NCBI GenBank assembly: GCA_051362555.1
Contig: CM120645.1
Location: forward strand, 19,096,001-19,160,000
Source of the DNA: Lingula anatina
Lineage: Eukaryota > Animalia > Brachiopoda
Reading direction: 5' to 3'
Length of the DNA: 64,000 nt
Numbering within the stretch: the first letter of the stretch is position 1; each line of letters begins with the position of its first letter. Shown piece after piece: positions 1 to 12,477 of this stretch. The position numbers and the translations under genes are program-made. The notes beneath the pieces were generated by a model that saw only the letters and a list, made by a program, of their open reading frames with translations, was not told where the DNA came from and did not search any database.

Positions 1-365
1 GGTGCACGGTGGGAATGCGGTCAGCCTTGGCATATTGCCAAAAAAATTTTTTGTGCCAATTAGTATAGGAGCTTCTTTGTTTATTCAATAGTTTCTAAAA
101 ATACATTTTTTCCTTGATAGTTTGCCACTGGCCCCATATTTACAGATTGCCAGAAGGTTCATTTTTACTGTGCCAATGTATATTTTCTCTCCCCCTGACT
201 TATTTCAACCACAGTGTATTTCACTCATTTCTCTAAATATTTCTTCATTCCTTCACTCTTTTCATTTCTTCATTTCACAAAAAAGAAATAAAAATTGCTA
301 ATTTTTATCATACTGATGGAATAGGTTGTAAAGCTCTCTTGTAGCATATGTTCACGTACACTTAC

Positions 366-421
366 AAGTTGGTTACAAGACTGAGTTCCAGCCCTTCCTT
401 GTAAAGAATAACTGGTATACC
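366..421 (-). CDS. Probable internal exon (56 nt); phase-1 reading xYTSYSLQGRAGTQSCNQL, phase-0 reading GIPVILYKEGLELSLVTN
   Basis: Acceptor ccccttacatgcacttttacag| and donor CTT|GTAAGT. Two frames are open; phase-2 entry hits TAA. Confidence 0.55.
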
Positions 422-741
422 CTGTAAAAGTGCATGTAAGGGGATTTCAATAACTTAAAAGTATTACTTTCTACATCAGATAAAATTATCTAAGGGAATA
501 TGGTTTATGTAATGATGGTGTGTTTGTATGTCTGAGTCTTTCTTTTGCCAATCTATAAATATAGCTTCACCTTCTAATTTTACCCAATGCATGCAGCTAA
601 TATATCAGATCTTTTATTGCAAAGATAAATTTAGCTTAAAGAAGAATAGAAATGCCCTTTGACGATGAAATGAAGTCAGACGTAAGATTGGTTTGTGCAA
701 TTTCCCTTTCTTTTTGAAACACGTACTTTCAAAAACCTTAC

Positions 742-749
742 CTGAAAAA
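742..749 (-). CDS. Candidate 8-nt microexon TTTTTCAG (alternatively a recursive AG|GT splice site)
   Basis: ttttttttttcacttgaacag|TTTTTCAG|gtaagg. Converts phase 2 to phase 1, which is what joining the phase-2 exons to the 56-nt exon requires. Confidence 0.3.
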
Positions 750-1215
750 CTGTTCAAGTGAAAAAAAAAACATTACCTGAGCAATAAAGAAACTAAAATA
801 TGTGTAAGAGATTAAAAAATTTCAACAATGCTCTTGTGACAAGAGTGAGTGCTGTTTCACTACAATTCTTGTTCCAAACAAAAAAGTGATTACTATCACT
901 AAATTGTCAGTTAATACCCCCCTTTGGAAGAATGGAATAATCTTCTTGATAATGTACTACAACATATGTACTTCAATCATTTAGGTAACAGTGATATATA
1001 TATTTATAATGGTAGGCAAAACACATACTTCTCCTGGTTCACACAGCTGTTCATATTGTCCTTCCTGTTGGACACAGATACATTTCACACACATGGCATC
1101 ACACAGATGGTCATCTTGTGACCAGGACCGGGACACAGAATGGACATATTGGAAGGAGACCGGGGGGGGGGGGGGGCAGAAGAGTGGTAGTTAAAAATTA
1201 TGGGGTAAAACAACA

Positions 1216-1441
1216 CACCCCATTTCCATAGATTTTTAGATCAATCTATCCCTGTGGGGAGTCTCACTAGATTACTGTCAGCTTGGCCAGCTTAAGTGTC
1301 TGTCCCGCCTACTAAAAGCTGTAAGGGGGTAATTAACTATGGTGCCCGCTCGGCTGACAGCAATTTAGCGTGAACCCCCAGGGAGTTAGGTCAATCTAAA
1401 TCTTAATCTTTAGATCGATCTAAATCTCTGGGAAAGCACCC
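1216..1441 (+). mobile_element. PIF/Harbinger-type MITE, family A
   Basis: Near-identical to 37472-37698, 19156-19380 and 38080-38281; imperfect TIRs containing an AGATCGATCT-type motif. TSD not preserved in this copy. Confidence 0.85.
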
Positions 1442-2599
1442 TTAATTAGGAGTCCTTGTTGTCCTCGTTGCTATTTCCAGAATACTGTGATAATGAGAAG
1501 CATGCTGAAAATTAAAGTCTGTGAAACTCAGTCTGTATCCTTATCACATGTCATTTCTTCAATACATAATCTTTATTTCCATGTCTTCATCCTCATAATG
1601 ACATTTATTGAAGGTCACATAATTTAATTGTTTTTAATTTTAATATGTATTTGGATTTTTTCTGGTTATCAACATCTAACAGAGAATATAGGAAGTGGTA
1701 CCTAGAGAAAAAGGGTCTTACACTGTAACTGAACTGAAATTTAATAAATTCCTTAACTTGAACCACCCACCCACCAACTCATTTCCTATATGACATTCAT
1801 TTACACAGTGGACTAACAAGTTAGTTAGATTCATAATTAATGTAAAATGCAAAGCTTTATTGGCCACAGTCTTATACAGTAAACAACAAACAGAAAACAT
1901 AGTAACAATGACATATGTGTGGAAATGACATAATTACATGCATTTCAAGGAAATGACATCAATGCATACAGTTAACTGGCTGCTCTGATCAAGTCATGGT
2001 GACATTACTAGAAAAAGCGCCTACATGTTCTACTTCTCTATATTCCATTAGCTATTTTGCTTCAGTAAAAGCATAAATAGAAGAATAAAAAGGTTGGTGG
2101 GAATAATAAATCACTTAATAGGAATTATATATGAGATGATGCCAAATACTGGTAGACAGTGATGGTTGATGTTCACTATGCCCTGTTCAAACTAACATCT
2201 CATACTTCTGGATTTTTGAAATTCAAATAAAAGTTCTGGTAAACAGTTTGATTCGCTTCTCTATACATGCACAGCAAAGTGAAACCAAAGAAAAAATACA
2301 GGTGCCCCTTCCTGTTTGAACAATTACGCATGCAGCGCACAGGAAAATCCTGTGCATAGAAAAATAGGGGACCATTTGCTGCTCGAATTGTACCCAGCTT
2401 TTTTGCCATCTGTTTTTATTTGTAACCTCAAGTGCTTCTCAAAAGACATTTCAGCTTTCTGATTACTTGTATTGAAACTGCAAAGGATTGCGTAACGAGT
2501 TTACATTTCCCTGAGCTTTTGTGTGCGCACGCACAGTAAAACCTTACCAGGTGTCGATTCCAGTGATTTATTTGAATCGCTACCAAAAATCTAGCTCAA

Positions 2600-2767
2600 A
2601 ATATAGCATTTGTGGTGCTTTTACTGTATGGAACAGAACTGTAGAGTAGCCTGCTTTTTAATTTTGTTGCTGCCACTCATTAGGAATGTTCTTGTTTTAA
2701 GAAATTATGACTTAAAAATTCAGTATCTGTAAAATTCACAATTTTCTCCCATTGAAAAGATCGAGTA

Positions 2768-2774
<7 letters not shown>
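2600..2774 (+). repeat. Dispersed repeat, probable DNA-transposon terminus
   Basis: Homologous to 60238-60411 (gaaattatgacttaaaaa..cagtatctgtaaaattcacaattt..cccattgaaaa); both end in TACTG. Confidence 0.65.
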
Positions 2775-2808
<34 letters not shown>

Positions 2809-2848
2809 TGTGTGTGTGTGCGCGCGTGTGTATGTGTGTGTGTGTGTG
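2773..2848. repeat. (TG)n microsatellite
   Basis: Directly visible. Confidence 0.95.
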
Positions 2849-3866
2849 GACATATATAAAGTTAACATCTTCAGGCTGATATACATGTAACTGTGACTGT
2901 TGTCTAATAAAGATGAAGAACATACAAGATATATGAAGTTAAAATTACTACACGTCAATGAATAAATAAGCAAGTTCCCTTTCCTTGCACAAGATAATTA
3001 TACGTCACACCTGGCAGATTTTCACGTGATGAACCTGAACCACGAGCATGATACAGTGTAGCATGAAGACATGCAAATTAATAAATAAAGAACATTATTC
3101 ATGTCAAGGTTAACTGTAGACAAGGTTTTTTTTATCACAAATCTAGACTTAAAATCATGTTGAATGGACGGCTAAGATAAAATACATATAATATCATTTC
3201 TTGTATTCTTTTATATGTGGTTTATGTAAAAAAAACATAAATCATGTGCAAAAATATGTGCATGCACGTGCACAAACAAGCACACACACAATCATACACA
3301 TGGTCTGTTACTTGTATTATAATTAAGGAAATCATACAATAAATAAAAGTTCTCAAGCACTGAGCCAAGGTCATTTTCATTACCCCAACTGACCTAGGTC
3401 ACTTCATGATTAACCCTGACCAATAACCTCCCTCAATCTTAATGGTGGTGAGATAATGAAAAGAAGGACAGACGAGGACATTGTTGTTTACGGACTTTGG
3501 AATTGCTGCTGTGATTCATTTCTCCTAACCATAGGATATCATTATCAAAGAACCTTTGAAAAAAAAAAAGAAAAATATCTAAATCTACCTTCATTGCTTT
3601 GATAGCAAGCTAAATGAATACATAAAACAGGAATATTTCTTTTATTTGAGAAAAAAGGGGACATAAAAACTAAAAGAGACATTAAAGTCATTTTTGCTGA
3701 TGAACAGCAATTGTGACACAGGATAAGTAGTACTACACAGCTAGAACATGATTTCATTTTTATTTTCTCACATGAATTAAGTTGGCGTACAATTGCAGTT
3801 ACACAGGCGTATGTGTAGTTGGAATTACAACTGTCAATTGCCCCAAGCCAGACTAAGTTAGAATAC

Positions 3867-3888
3867 CTTGAGAGTAATAGCTGTCCAT
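3867..3888 (-). CDS. Candidate alternative first coding exon MDSYYSQ(G), ends in phase 1
   Basis: gctATGG context and donor CAAG|GTATTC, about 90 nt downstream of an Inr-like TCAGTT and a (CT)n tract. Joins the 56-nt exon in frame. Confidence 0.35.
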
Positions 3889-3973
3889 AGCAGAGATGAA
3901 CCCTTTCTTGTTTGACTTGTCTACAGTACAGAAAAGCTGTGAAGCTGGGAGAACGCTGTTTGTGGGGAAAATT

Positions 3974-3983
3974 AACTGATTTC

Positions 3984-4060
<77 letters not shown>
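3974..4060 (-). promoter_or_regulatory. Candidate internal promoter: (GA/CT)n tract followed by initiator-like TCAGTT
   Basis: (GA)n at about 3996-4058; TCAGTT on the minus strand at 3974-3979; followed by a short ATG exon with a donor. Confidence 0.3.
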
Positions 4061-4062
<2 letters not shown>

Positions 4063-4730
4063 GAGAGTGATGAGATATATTGTGTAAATCAGGTGAATAA
4101 AAACATCACCCAACAGATACTAAACTCTCTGCCGTGAGCACAGAGCTTTTTATTACCATATTTTACAGGGGAAATCGACCTCAGAGTCCAACAAACGGAA
4201 ATCCAAACATTTTATAGGAGGAAGAAGAGGAGCCTGCCATGAGCCAAGCCTACTGACAGTCTACAACAAAATCACGCCCTTTCCTCTTTGACAATGTCAA
4301 CTATTTCAATACAAAATTCCAATGAAATCAACATTTGGTTATAAATCTGTCCAGAGTAAATTCAAATTCAATGGTACTCAGGGTTCTGAATCATTGAATA
4401 GTTTTCTGTTCTAGTTTTCATACAATTTAAGCATCACCATATATCCCCATATCAGTCATTCTTTTGATATTCCATGCACTATGCAATATCATCATGCATG
4501 TTCACCTTGCGTCCCCGTCTGCAAACTGCATGCACTCTGCGTGCAGACACATAGGCTAGTGGCCTTAGTATGCCACATCTCCTTCCAAGTAAGAAAAAAA
4601 AAAATACCATGCTACCACAATGTGGAGACTTTATATCAATTATGTAAAGAATTTTCAAGTTGCTCTGAATCAGAGCACAATCTGTACACGTTTCTTCCTA
4701 TAGGCACTGTAATGAATTTGGCAGACAATA

Positions 4731-5234
4731 CTCTGTCCAAGGTATCAGTCCTATGTCCAGAGTTGTGTGTCCTCTGCCCCGGTATTTAGTCCTCTGTCCA
4801 GGGTGTCAGTTCTCTGTCCAGGGTGTCAGTTCTCTGTCCAGGGTGTCAGTCCTCTGTCCAAGGTGTCAGTCCTCTGCTCAGGGTGTTCGTACTCTGTCCA
4901 GGGTGTCAGTCCTCTGCTCAGGGTGTCCGTTCTCTGTCCAGGGTGTCAGTCCTCTGTCCAGGGTGTCAGTTCTCTGTCCAGGGTGTCAGTCCTCTGTCCA
5001 AGGTGTCAGTCCTCTGCTCAGGGTGTTCGTTCTCTGTCCAGGGTGTCAGTCCTCTGTCAAGGTGGTCAGTCTTCTGTCCAGGCTGGCAGTCCTCTGTCCA
5101 AGGTGTCAGTCTTCTGTCAAGGTGGTCAGTCTTCTGTCCAGGCTGGCAGTCCTCTGTCAAGGTGGTCAGTCCTCTGCCCAGGGTGTCAGTCCTCTGTCTA
5201 GGTGTATTGTCCTCTGTCCAGGCTGGCAGTCCTG
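4731..5234. repeat. 20-bp minisatellite (CCTCTGTCCAGGGTGTCAGT), about 25 units
   Basis: Directly visible tandem array with variant units; explains the overlapping ORFs at 4753-5392. Confidence 0.95.
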
Positions 5235-5265
5235 TCTCCTGCAGTGCAAGAGTAAATGACACTAG

Positions 5266-6915
5266 AACAAGGCAGCAAAGCTGTCAAATGTACAGACTAA
5301 AAACAGAAAATAACTATGCACTAAATAGGCTACTGTCAATTCTGATGCAAAAGAACATTATGTTAAACTGCAAATTCAACATCAAATTTTAATTATGCTC
5401 AACAGGTAATACCAATGTAAGTAAAATGTGTAACAAGTTCACACTTTGAAAATGTATAACTTCCAGAAAAAGAAGCCAATTAGACTGCTTTTCCAACTCA
5501 GGCTGCATTTTAGTCCTGTATTTCTTTTTTGAAAGTTTGGCAATCATAAGTAACATGGTTTTCCCATAATGGTCATCATGGCAGCAACACCCAAAATTGT
5601 GTTTTCTTCTATTCTGATGCCATATTACATAATGGTTAACAGCATAATGACCGTCAATTTTTAATAATAAAATATACGTATCATGGATTTTCAGAAAATG
5701 TGACTAGCATGGGTTTTCAAGCCCGTGGAACTTCAAAGTCACACCTTGAAAATGCCAATATGTGAAAAATTTAATTTTCACAAAAAAACTTTAACTGGCA
5801 GTAAGAATTACCAAACAGACTGCATTGCCTACTGAAGCTGTATTTTAGTCCCATGTTTCTTACCTGTAAGTTTGAGAACAGTAAGTGACATGGTTTTTCT
5901 TAAATGGTCATCATGGGAGCAGTGCCCAAAATAGTTTTTTTCTTCAAATTTTGATGCAATATTACATAATTTTTAACAGCATAATGACCATCAATTTTAA
6001 TAATAAAATATTAGTTTTATGGATATTCAGAAAATGTGACTAGCAAAGGTCTTCAGGCCCATGGAACTTCAAAGTCACAACTTGAAAATGCCAAAATGTG
6101 AAACAAGACAGCACTGTTCTGAAATGTTTTTTTTTTCCATTTTTAACAATTTTTTTAACATAAAACAAAATTAACAGGTTACTGCCATTTTTATACGATC
6201 AACTAAGAAAATTGATGAGATGGGAAAAATATCAATACAACAGTGTTAAATGTCCAATTTCCTTCATTCTGAGATTCTGAACATGGTGAATGATTGAATC
6301 TGACAAACTGCAATGATTTGAGTTTATTTCCATTTTTGGCACTTTATTACACAATACACGATAACAAGTTTACCATCATTTTTACATAATCAACTAACAA
6401 TGTTGTAAAGATGCAGGAAATGTCAAACAAACACTTTTACGTATCTTATTAGTTCAATAATGAGACTGTTAACATGCCTAAGAGTTGAATCTGAGGAAAT
6501 GTGAAAAAACAGCATAACTTCTAAAATAATGCCCCGATTATGCTGATTTTCGAACTCAACCTGCGTTTTAGCAGGATTGATCACTCCTATGAGTTTCATG
6601 ACAATCGGCCAATCTGTTTTTCTTATATTGTGTTTACAGTGTTTCATATATGCTGAAAAGTGAAAAAACAGCATAACTTCTACAATAATGGCCTGATCAT
6701 GCTGATTTTCGAACTTGACCTGCGTTTTATGAATATTTATCAGCTCTGTAAATATAAAGCCAAAAACTAAAACTGCCTTCCACTTATCGTGTTTACAATG
6801 AAAGTGCACGGCGACGGCATCGCCATCGGCATCGGCATCGCCATCGGCGACGACGGCGACGACAGACGCAGGTGATGGCAATATGTACAGACACATCTGT
6901 GTCTGTACATAAAAA
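5266..6915 (+). mobile_element. Non-autonomous Helentron/HINE-like element, copy 1
   Basis: Starts AACAAG; subterminal ATGTACAGAC (5288-5297) is inverted in the 3' hairpin TATGTACAGACACA-TC-TGTGTCTGTACATA (6882-6911), followed by an A-run. Internal ~336-bp and 159-bp repeats and a GGCGAC-type microsatellite. Colinear with 46149-48260. Confidence 0.8.
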
Positions 6916-7995
6916 TTAACAAAATTTCTATATGTGCAAGTCTTTTTTCTCCCATAATAAAGTTTTTTTCCCCATCAAGTGGAAATCAAAAGGAATCAAC
7001 ACAGGGGTTGGGGGGAGGGGGGGGGGGGGAGGAAGTGCATGGCTAACATTTTCAGTGTACCTGACAGTTTATCCAATTGATACCTGACTTTAACATTCTG
7101 AAATATTAAAGGGGGGAGGGAATAAAAATTTCCAAATGCTTTTCCTGCAGCACACCAATAGCATGGGCAGAAATTGGCAATGGTTAGGGGTGGAAATAAG
7201 AACTTCCATTTCAAACACACTCTAATATTTCAACCTTAATACCAAATATCATGATGTAGGACAAGAAGAGTGATGCGATGTTTTGGGTGTTGATCACTCT
7301 TCATTTAGTGGCACACCTGAGCATGTGATATAAAGATCCGTCTTCACCTGAATTCCGGGGTCATACTCTGATTCAGTGACCATTTTAGCACCCATATTTC
7401 AACTCAATGTCTCCTGCTTATTTAAATCTTATTTTGGTAGCAGTAATTTTGAAAAGGATTTCCTCTCCCATGTTGCTATTTTTGTAGCTGTGTGTGTTTA
7501 TTAATGGATGTTTTCACTAGCTCAGTCATGCTTTAAATATATTGCCAACATTCATACCTTGCCACCCCATCCACGCTTATACCTGAGATACTTAAATATA
7601 CAATTAACTCTTTCACCTCAAAAGAACAACAATAAGTTTTTGTGATTCACACCACTTTGACTTTGATGTCTTGAATGAAAAATGTTTCAATTTTGACCAA
7701 CATACGACAATTAAAATGATTAACATTTGATTATTTTTTCATAGTGTTCATATTTTTATAGCATGAATCCTTTTATCTACCTAACACTGAACAAACGGAA
7801 AATAAAAAATTACACGCATCCTCTTAAATTCACTATTGTACAAGGTTCATGGGAAAATTCAGAAACACCACTTCACAGTGAAGATTTACATTTCAGTGAT
7901 TTTCTTTCAGAAGCATCTCACTACCACCACCAGAGGAGGAAAGATTTTTGTAATGTTTTGAGGTATTTTCAAGGCCACACATTTGTGAGACTGAC

Positions 7996-8114
7996 AGTTT
8001 GAGATGTTCCCTCAATACTTCCGCCGGAAACTGTTTAAACCCATTGTAGTGAGCATAAAACAATGTGCCGCCATCAGGCTTCCTACTCATCATCATTCTA
8101 TTGTTAATCTCCAT
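7996..8114 (-). CDS. Candidate alternative first coding exon MEINNRMMMSRKPDGGTLFYAHYNGFKQFPAEVLREHLK(L), ends in phase 2
   Basis: ATG in optimal Kozak context (acaccATGG), 39 protein-like codons, donor AACT|GTCAGT. Same end phase as the 99-nt exon. Confidence 0.5.
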
Positions 8115-9173
8115 GGTGTATATCTATCTATCTATCTATATATATATAGATAGATATGGACAGAAAAATACATTAGTAGCATGAGGCACATCAAAGTATG
8201 TATAAATAATGTGGCTAATTCATCTTTTGTTCAGGGAGAATTGATGCCATAATTATAATATCATCATTAATTTTAAAACTATCGCCAGCAATATTTATAC
8301 TCTGTTGAAATGTATATGGACAAAACACACACACACACAAACATGCTATTTACAATTAATTTTACTACTGGGGAACTGAGGGGGTGGGTATGGGGGTGAC
8401 GTACAGGTAAAAGGCTTGGGGCTAGAAACTTCTTATATGTCCCATTCTTCCCTCTTGACATGCCTGTGTGTAAAAATAATAGTGCAGGCAACCCCATATT
8501 TCAAATTATATTGGTTCCATTAATTAGCAATTAATTTCCAAGTCTAATTTGATCACTTTACACTTTGCCACACTGCATGTGCACTCACCCTACACTGTAC
8601 TTGAAAGATGAATGGTCCTATAACTAATATCCGAGACGAGATAAAAGGGCATTAGTGTTTGCTTAGGTACAGACTGTAGTTCCTGTACTTATGACCACTG
8701 CACACAACCCTCTACAGAAATATGACAACTGCCATTAGTCTTGATTAATATTAGAGATGGAATATTGATAAAAGACTTTGAAACAAGATTTCAGGATGAT
8801 TTGTAAGGACCATGCACCTATCTCAAAAATGTTTAAAAAAAAAAATAAAAATAAAAAATAAAAATTAAATTAATTGGTCTCTATTATGAAAGGTCATGTG
8901 GAAATGTACTTATAGTGCCTATGTACTCTAAACTGTGAGATATGGGTGAAAAATAGCACATCACTTTTAGCATGATAATACCTTAAATGTCCAAGTGTTC
9001 AAAGACATAATTCAATTTATTTTCTCAAAAGTTGTAAACAATGGGTAACCATTCTCTGTCCTGTGGCTCCTACATATCTAATGAGGATGCACTTCTATTA
9101 CTTTTAAGTAGACTGGATCCAAATGACTTGAGCAGTACTTAGTATAATCATGTCAACATCTTTGCAGTATTAC

Positions 9174-9266
<93 letters not shown>
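9174..9266. repeat. Compound poly(A)-(TA)n-(CA)n microsatellite
   Basis: Directly visible. Confidence 0.95.
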
Positions 9267-9268
<2 letters not shown>

Positions 9269-10565
9269 GGGATTACTGATATTTATAAAAGATACTGCTA
9301 TGAAAAAACATTTTTACAATAAACCAAGGATTGCTAACATCACCAGGATCGTATTTACTCAAGTCTATTGGCTCCTAGAGTGGAGATTGCCTTATTTGAC
9401 CCCATCACAGTACAATCCATTAGAGGGAAATATGGCTTCTGGATCTATTTAAGAATCATGTCCTTAAAATAGAAATAAATGGACAGAAAGTGGGTACAAG
9501 TCACCTTTTTTATCCATTCATTATGTTATAAGTAGCTTTTCTACTACTGTTATTACTACTATGGAAAAGTATGGGGTGACATTTCTGCATAAATGAATTA
9601 TTTTTCTCTCTGTGTCAAAGCAGAATTCATCCATTTCAACCATTAATGGTTATCTAAATGGCTTTTGAAATAATTTCTTTATCTTTGGAGAACTGAAAAA
9701 TGGCTTATTAATAAATCAATTACCCTTCCAAAGAAACCCTTTTTCAAAAGGAAGGGAATTAATTATATACAGTGCTCACAAATGGTTACAGATTATCTAT
9801 AAAAACTTTTTTTACTTGAGGTAAACTTCTTGGAAATATGTTCGGTCTCTCGGCTCATATCAGTGGTGTTCCCTTTGAATCAGACGTGGAGGTATCTTTT
9901 GAAATATTTGTATTTTCACTAATTTTTTAAAAACCAGGATAATACTGTACGTGTCTTAAGCCAGAGTTTTCAATCACACCACTCTAAAATCAAAATGAAA
10001 GCTACTCAGATCACACATTTTATTTCTTCCATTCTGAAAATATAAATAAAATATTTGCACCTCCAATTTAGGCCCTTATCATAAATATTTCAGTTTGTCA
10101 AATGAATACATGAATTAGCACCTTAATATATACATGAAATTTAAAGGTACATTATATCTATTAAAAATGTCCCAAAATCATATTTTAAAAATATTTTTCC
10201 CCATTCAGATCTTAAAAACAATAAAATTCCTCAAATAGAAGTACATGAAGGAAATATTACCTTGTGAAATCTCTGGTCTAAATGAAAAACAATTGATTTT
10301 GCAGTGAACTATTTACTTAGAAATAGTGCAAAACATGGAATCCAAGCGAAGGGACAGGCTAGCAATGATTTAATAGTATGTGAAAATTGCTTTTTTCTTT
10401 AGGAAAATAAGATTTGGCCCAAAAATCTCAAACAGAGTGCCTTTCACCTTTTAGCAGTTTTGAACATACAAACATGACTATGCACTACTATTATTTGTAT
10501 ATATTTCACTTCAAAACCTTTTCACTGCAATTACTATAAGTTATAATATTAAACCAGGTATGTAA

Positions 10566-10740
10566 GGCCCCATTCAGAATACGGGACTAACTAGTGCGGG
10601 GGTCAAATATGGCCGACCCACTTGAATACTTCCCCACGGGATATCTATTCAGTGTCTTTTAGCAGATTAGACGGCAAGCTTTGTATTCGGTCGCCATATT
10701 TGACCCTCGGACTAGTTACTCCCCTATTCTGCATTGGGCC
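10566..10740. mobile_element. PIF/Harbinger-type MITE
   Basis: About 50-bp imperfect TIRs (GGCCCCATTCAGAATA...GGGTCAAATATGG) and TAA TSD. Confidence 0.8.
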
Positions 10741-12477
10741 TAAGAATATTACACCTCAATCAGATTGCAATACATCAAAACTGATCCTTAAGTAATCAAA
10801 CACTGCGACTGCACTTAACGTCATTGGAAAAGTCACCTTTGTTGAAGTAATAATGGTTTAATCACTTCATCACCAAAAGTAACAAATTAAAATCACTGGG
10901 TGATTGATATGTGCCTTGTTTTCAGACTTCATTGACGTTGCCAGTCTCCAATACTCCATGTGTTCTGCAGTAATTCCTCGCTACACTCACACCAAAGTCA
11001 CCATATTCCTAACATAATACTGAATTTCTAATACCTCAGACTTGAAGAGAGAGAGAGAGAAAAAAAGCATGGTTTTCTGTCAAAAAGTATCTATTTGTGA
11101 GTAAATTTGAATGATTTTTTTATATATAAAAAAAAAAAAAAAAAAAAAAAAACCGAATAAAGTTTGGTATGTAAAATTCACAAGTAATTACCAAAGTCAA
11201 CTAAGAGTGGGTGTGATGCTGGGCTGCATAATATCCACAGAAATGCTCCCAAAGGAAAAAAATGTGCTAGAATTTCATAAGCACACCTTGCTGTCAAAGG
11301 TACGATGTACAACTGTGAAGATCTTGGAGAATCAGTCCTGATTTTAGGGAAATGTCATGGAATCTTGGAGTTGGTTTTTTCCCAGAATGGTAGTGAACAG
11401 CGAATTTGCCTAGAGTAAAAATAAATAACGGTATCTTAAGTCAAAATTAAAATGAGGGCAATTCTTTACCCCTACCCAACTGAATGAAAGACAAATTACA
11501 CAGAGATGAAAACAACAAAACAGATTGTGTACCAAAAAGTGAATCACTCCTTCAATAAACTTAAAAGGTGTATGAATAATAATAATAATAACAATAATAA
11601 TAATATGAAATTTCAATCAGCAACTTGAAAGACGAATGATAAATGAATCAAACAAATCAATGAATAAAAAGATATTGGTTGGTCTGTGAAACAATGTTCC
11701 CGTCTGCATAGGCCTCTAGCTACCACACGCATTTACAATATGATGTTATCAAACATTTTCCTTCTCTTTAGCTGAAATAACATATCTTTAGCACTGAGAT
11801 AAAAACACTAAATGCCAAGATATAGGTGTGCACTTGTGACATTAAGAATACACAACAAATTTTAGTACATTTCCTGACCTACATGTCTTTTAAAGTTTTT
11901 TCTCACACTCATTCACAAAGCTGGCTGACACGTGCCATCTCTGTGAAATGTCCCTTGCAACAGTTTCCAAGCTTTCAAATGCTTTTAAAAGAGAATATAT
12001 CAAAGTCATGTAATATTTGTCTGAAACCAAAATGTCACTGCCAATTACTGCAACCACAAATATTCCTAAACCCCTCAAGTAATCAGACATTTTGCTGTGT
12101 AAGAACTTTTTTTACCAACCTGTGCTCAGCAAAAACTTTTTGGGCTAAATGTACACGAATATTCAAGCATGACAATCCACCATTTCACATTCAATTACAT
12201 TAACAAACAATTCACTTCTATAAAATTCAGAATAATTTGACTTAAACAATCATTTTTCTTTGTCTAAGTTCACTATTTATACACTCATGATGTAAAATAA
12301 ACAGATACATGTTTTCCTCGTTCAAATTAACGAAAAAGCATTTTGTGCCCTCACTCAGTTGAGTTCAAAAGGGTCGCCATGACACAAAACACCCATTTAT
12401 CAATTACTGGATGTGCAATGTTAATGTTCATCATATTCTTCATGAATCTGACTTCTGACAGATATTCGCCATCTTAG

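Noticed and set aside
1029-1100. Possible 36-nt exon or MCVKCICVQQEGQYEQLCEPGE first exon ending at GTATGT
   Set aside because: Weak acceptor and donor, and ambiguous frame.
2541-2600. Minus-strand donor CTG|GTAAGG
   Set aside because: Adjacent to a dispersed repeat, with no convincing acceptor or ORF.
4731-5234. CRISPR array or repeat-protein gene
   Set aside because: Units are head to tail with no unique spacers, the context is eukaryotic, and the ORFs follow from a stop-free 20-mer.
6423-6955. 157-aa and 62-aa minus-strand ORFs
   Set aside because: They lie in the HINE-like element's microsatellite and 159-bp repeats, and copy 2 has no equivalent long ORF.
7996-8114. Naming this exon LRRC28, RAPGEF2 or dystrophin Dp71-like from FPAEVLREHLK
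   Set aside because: Only a few residues resemble these proteins and the neighbouring exons match none of them.
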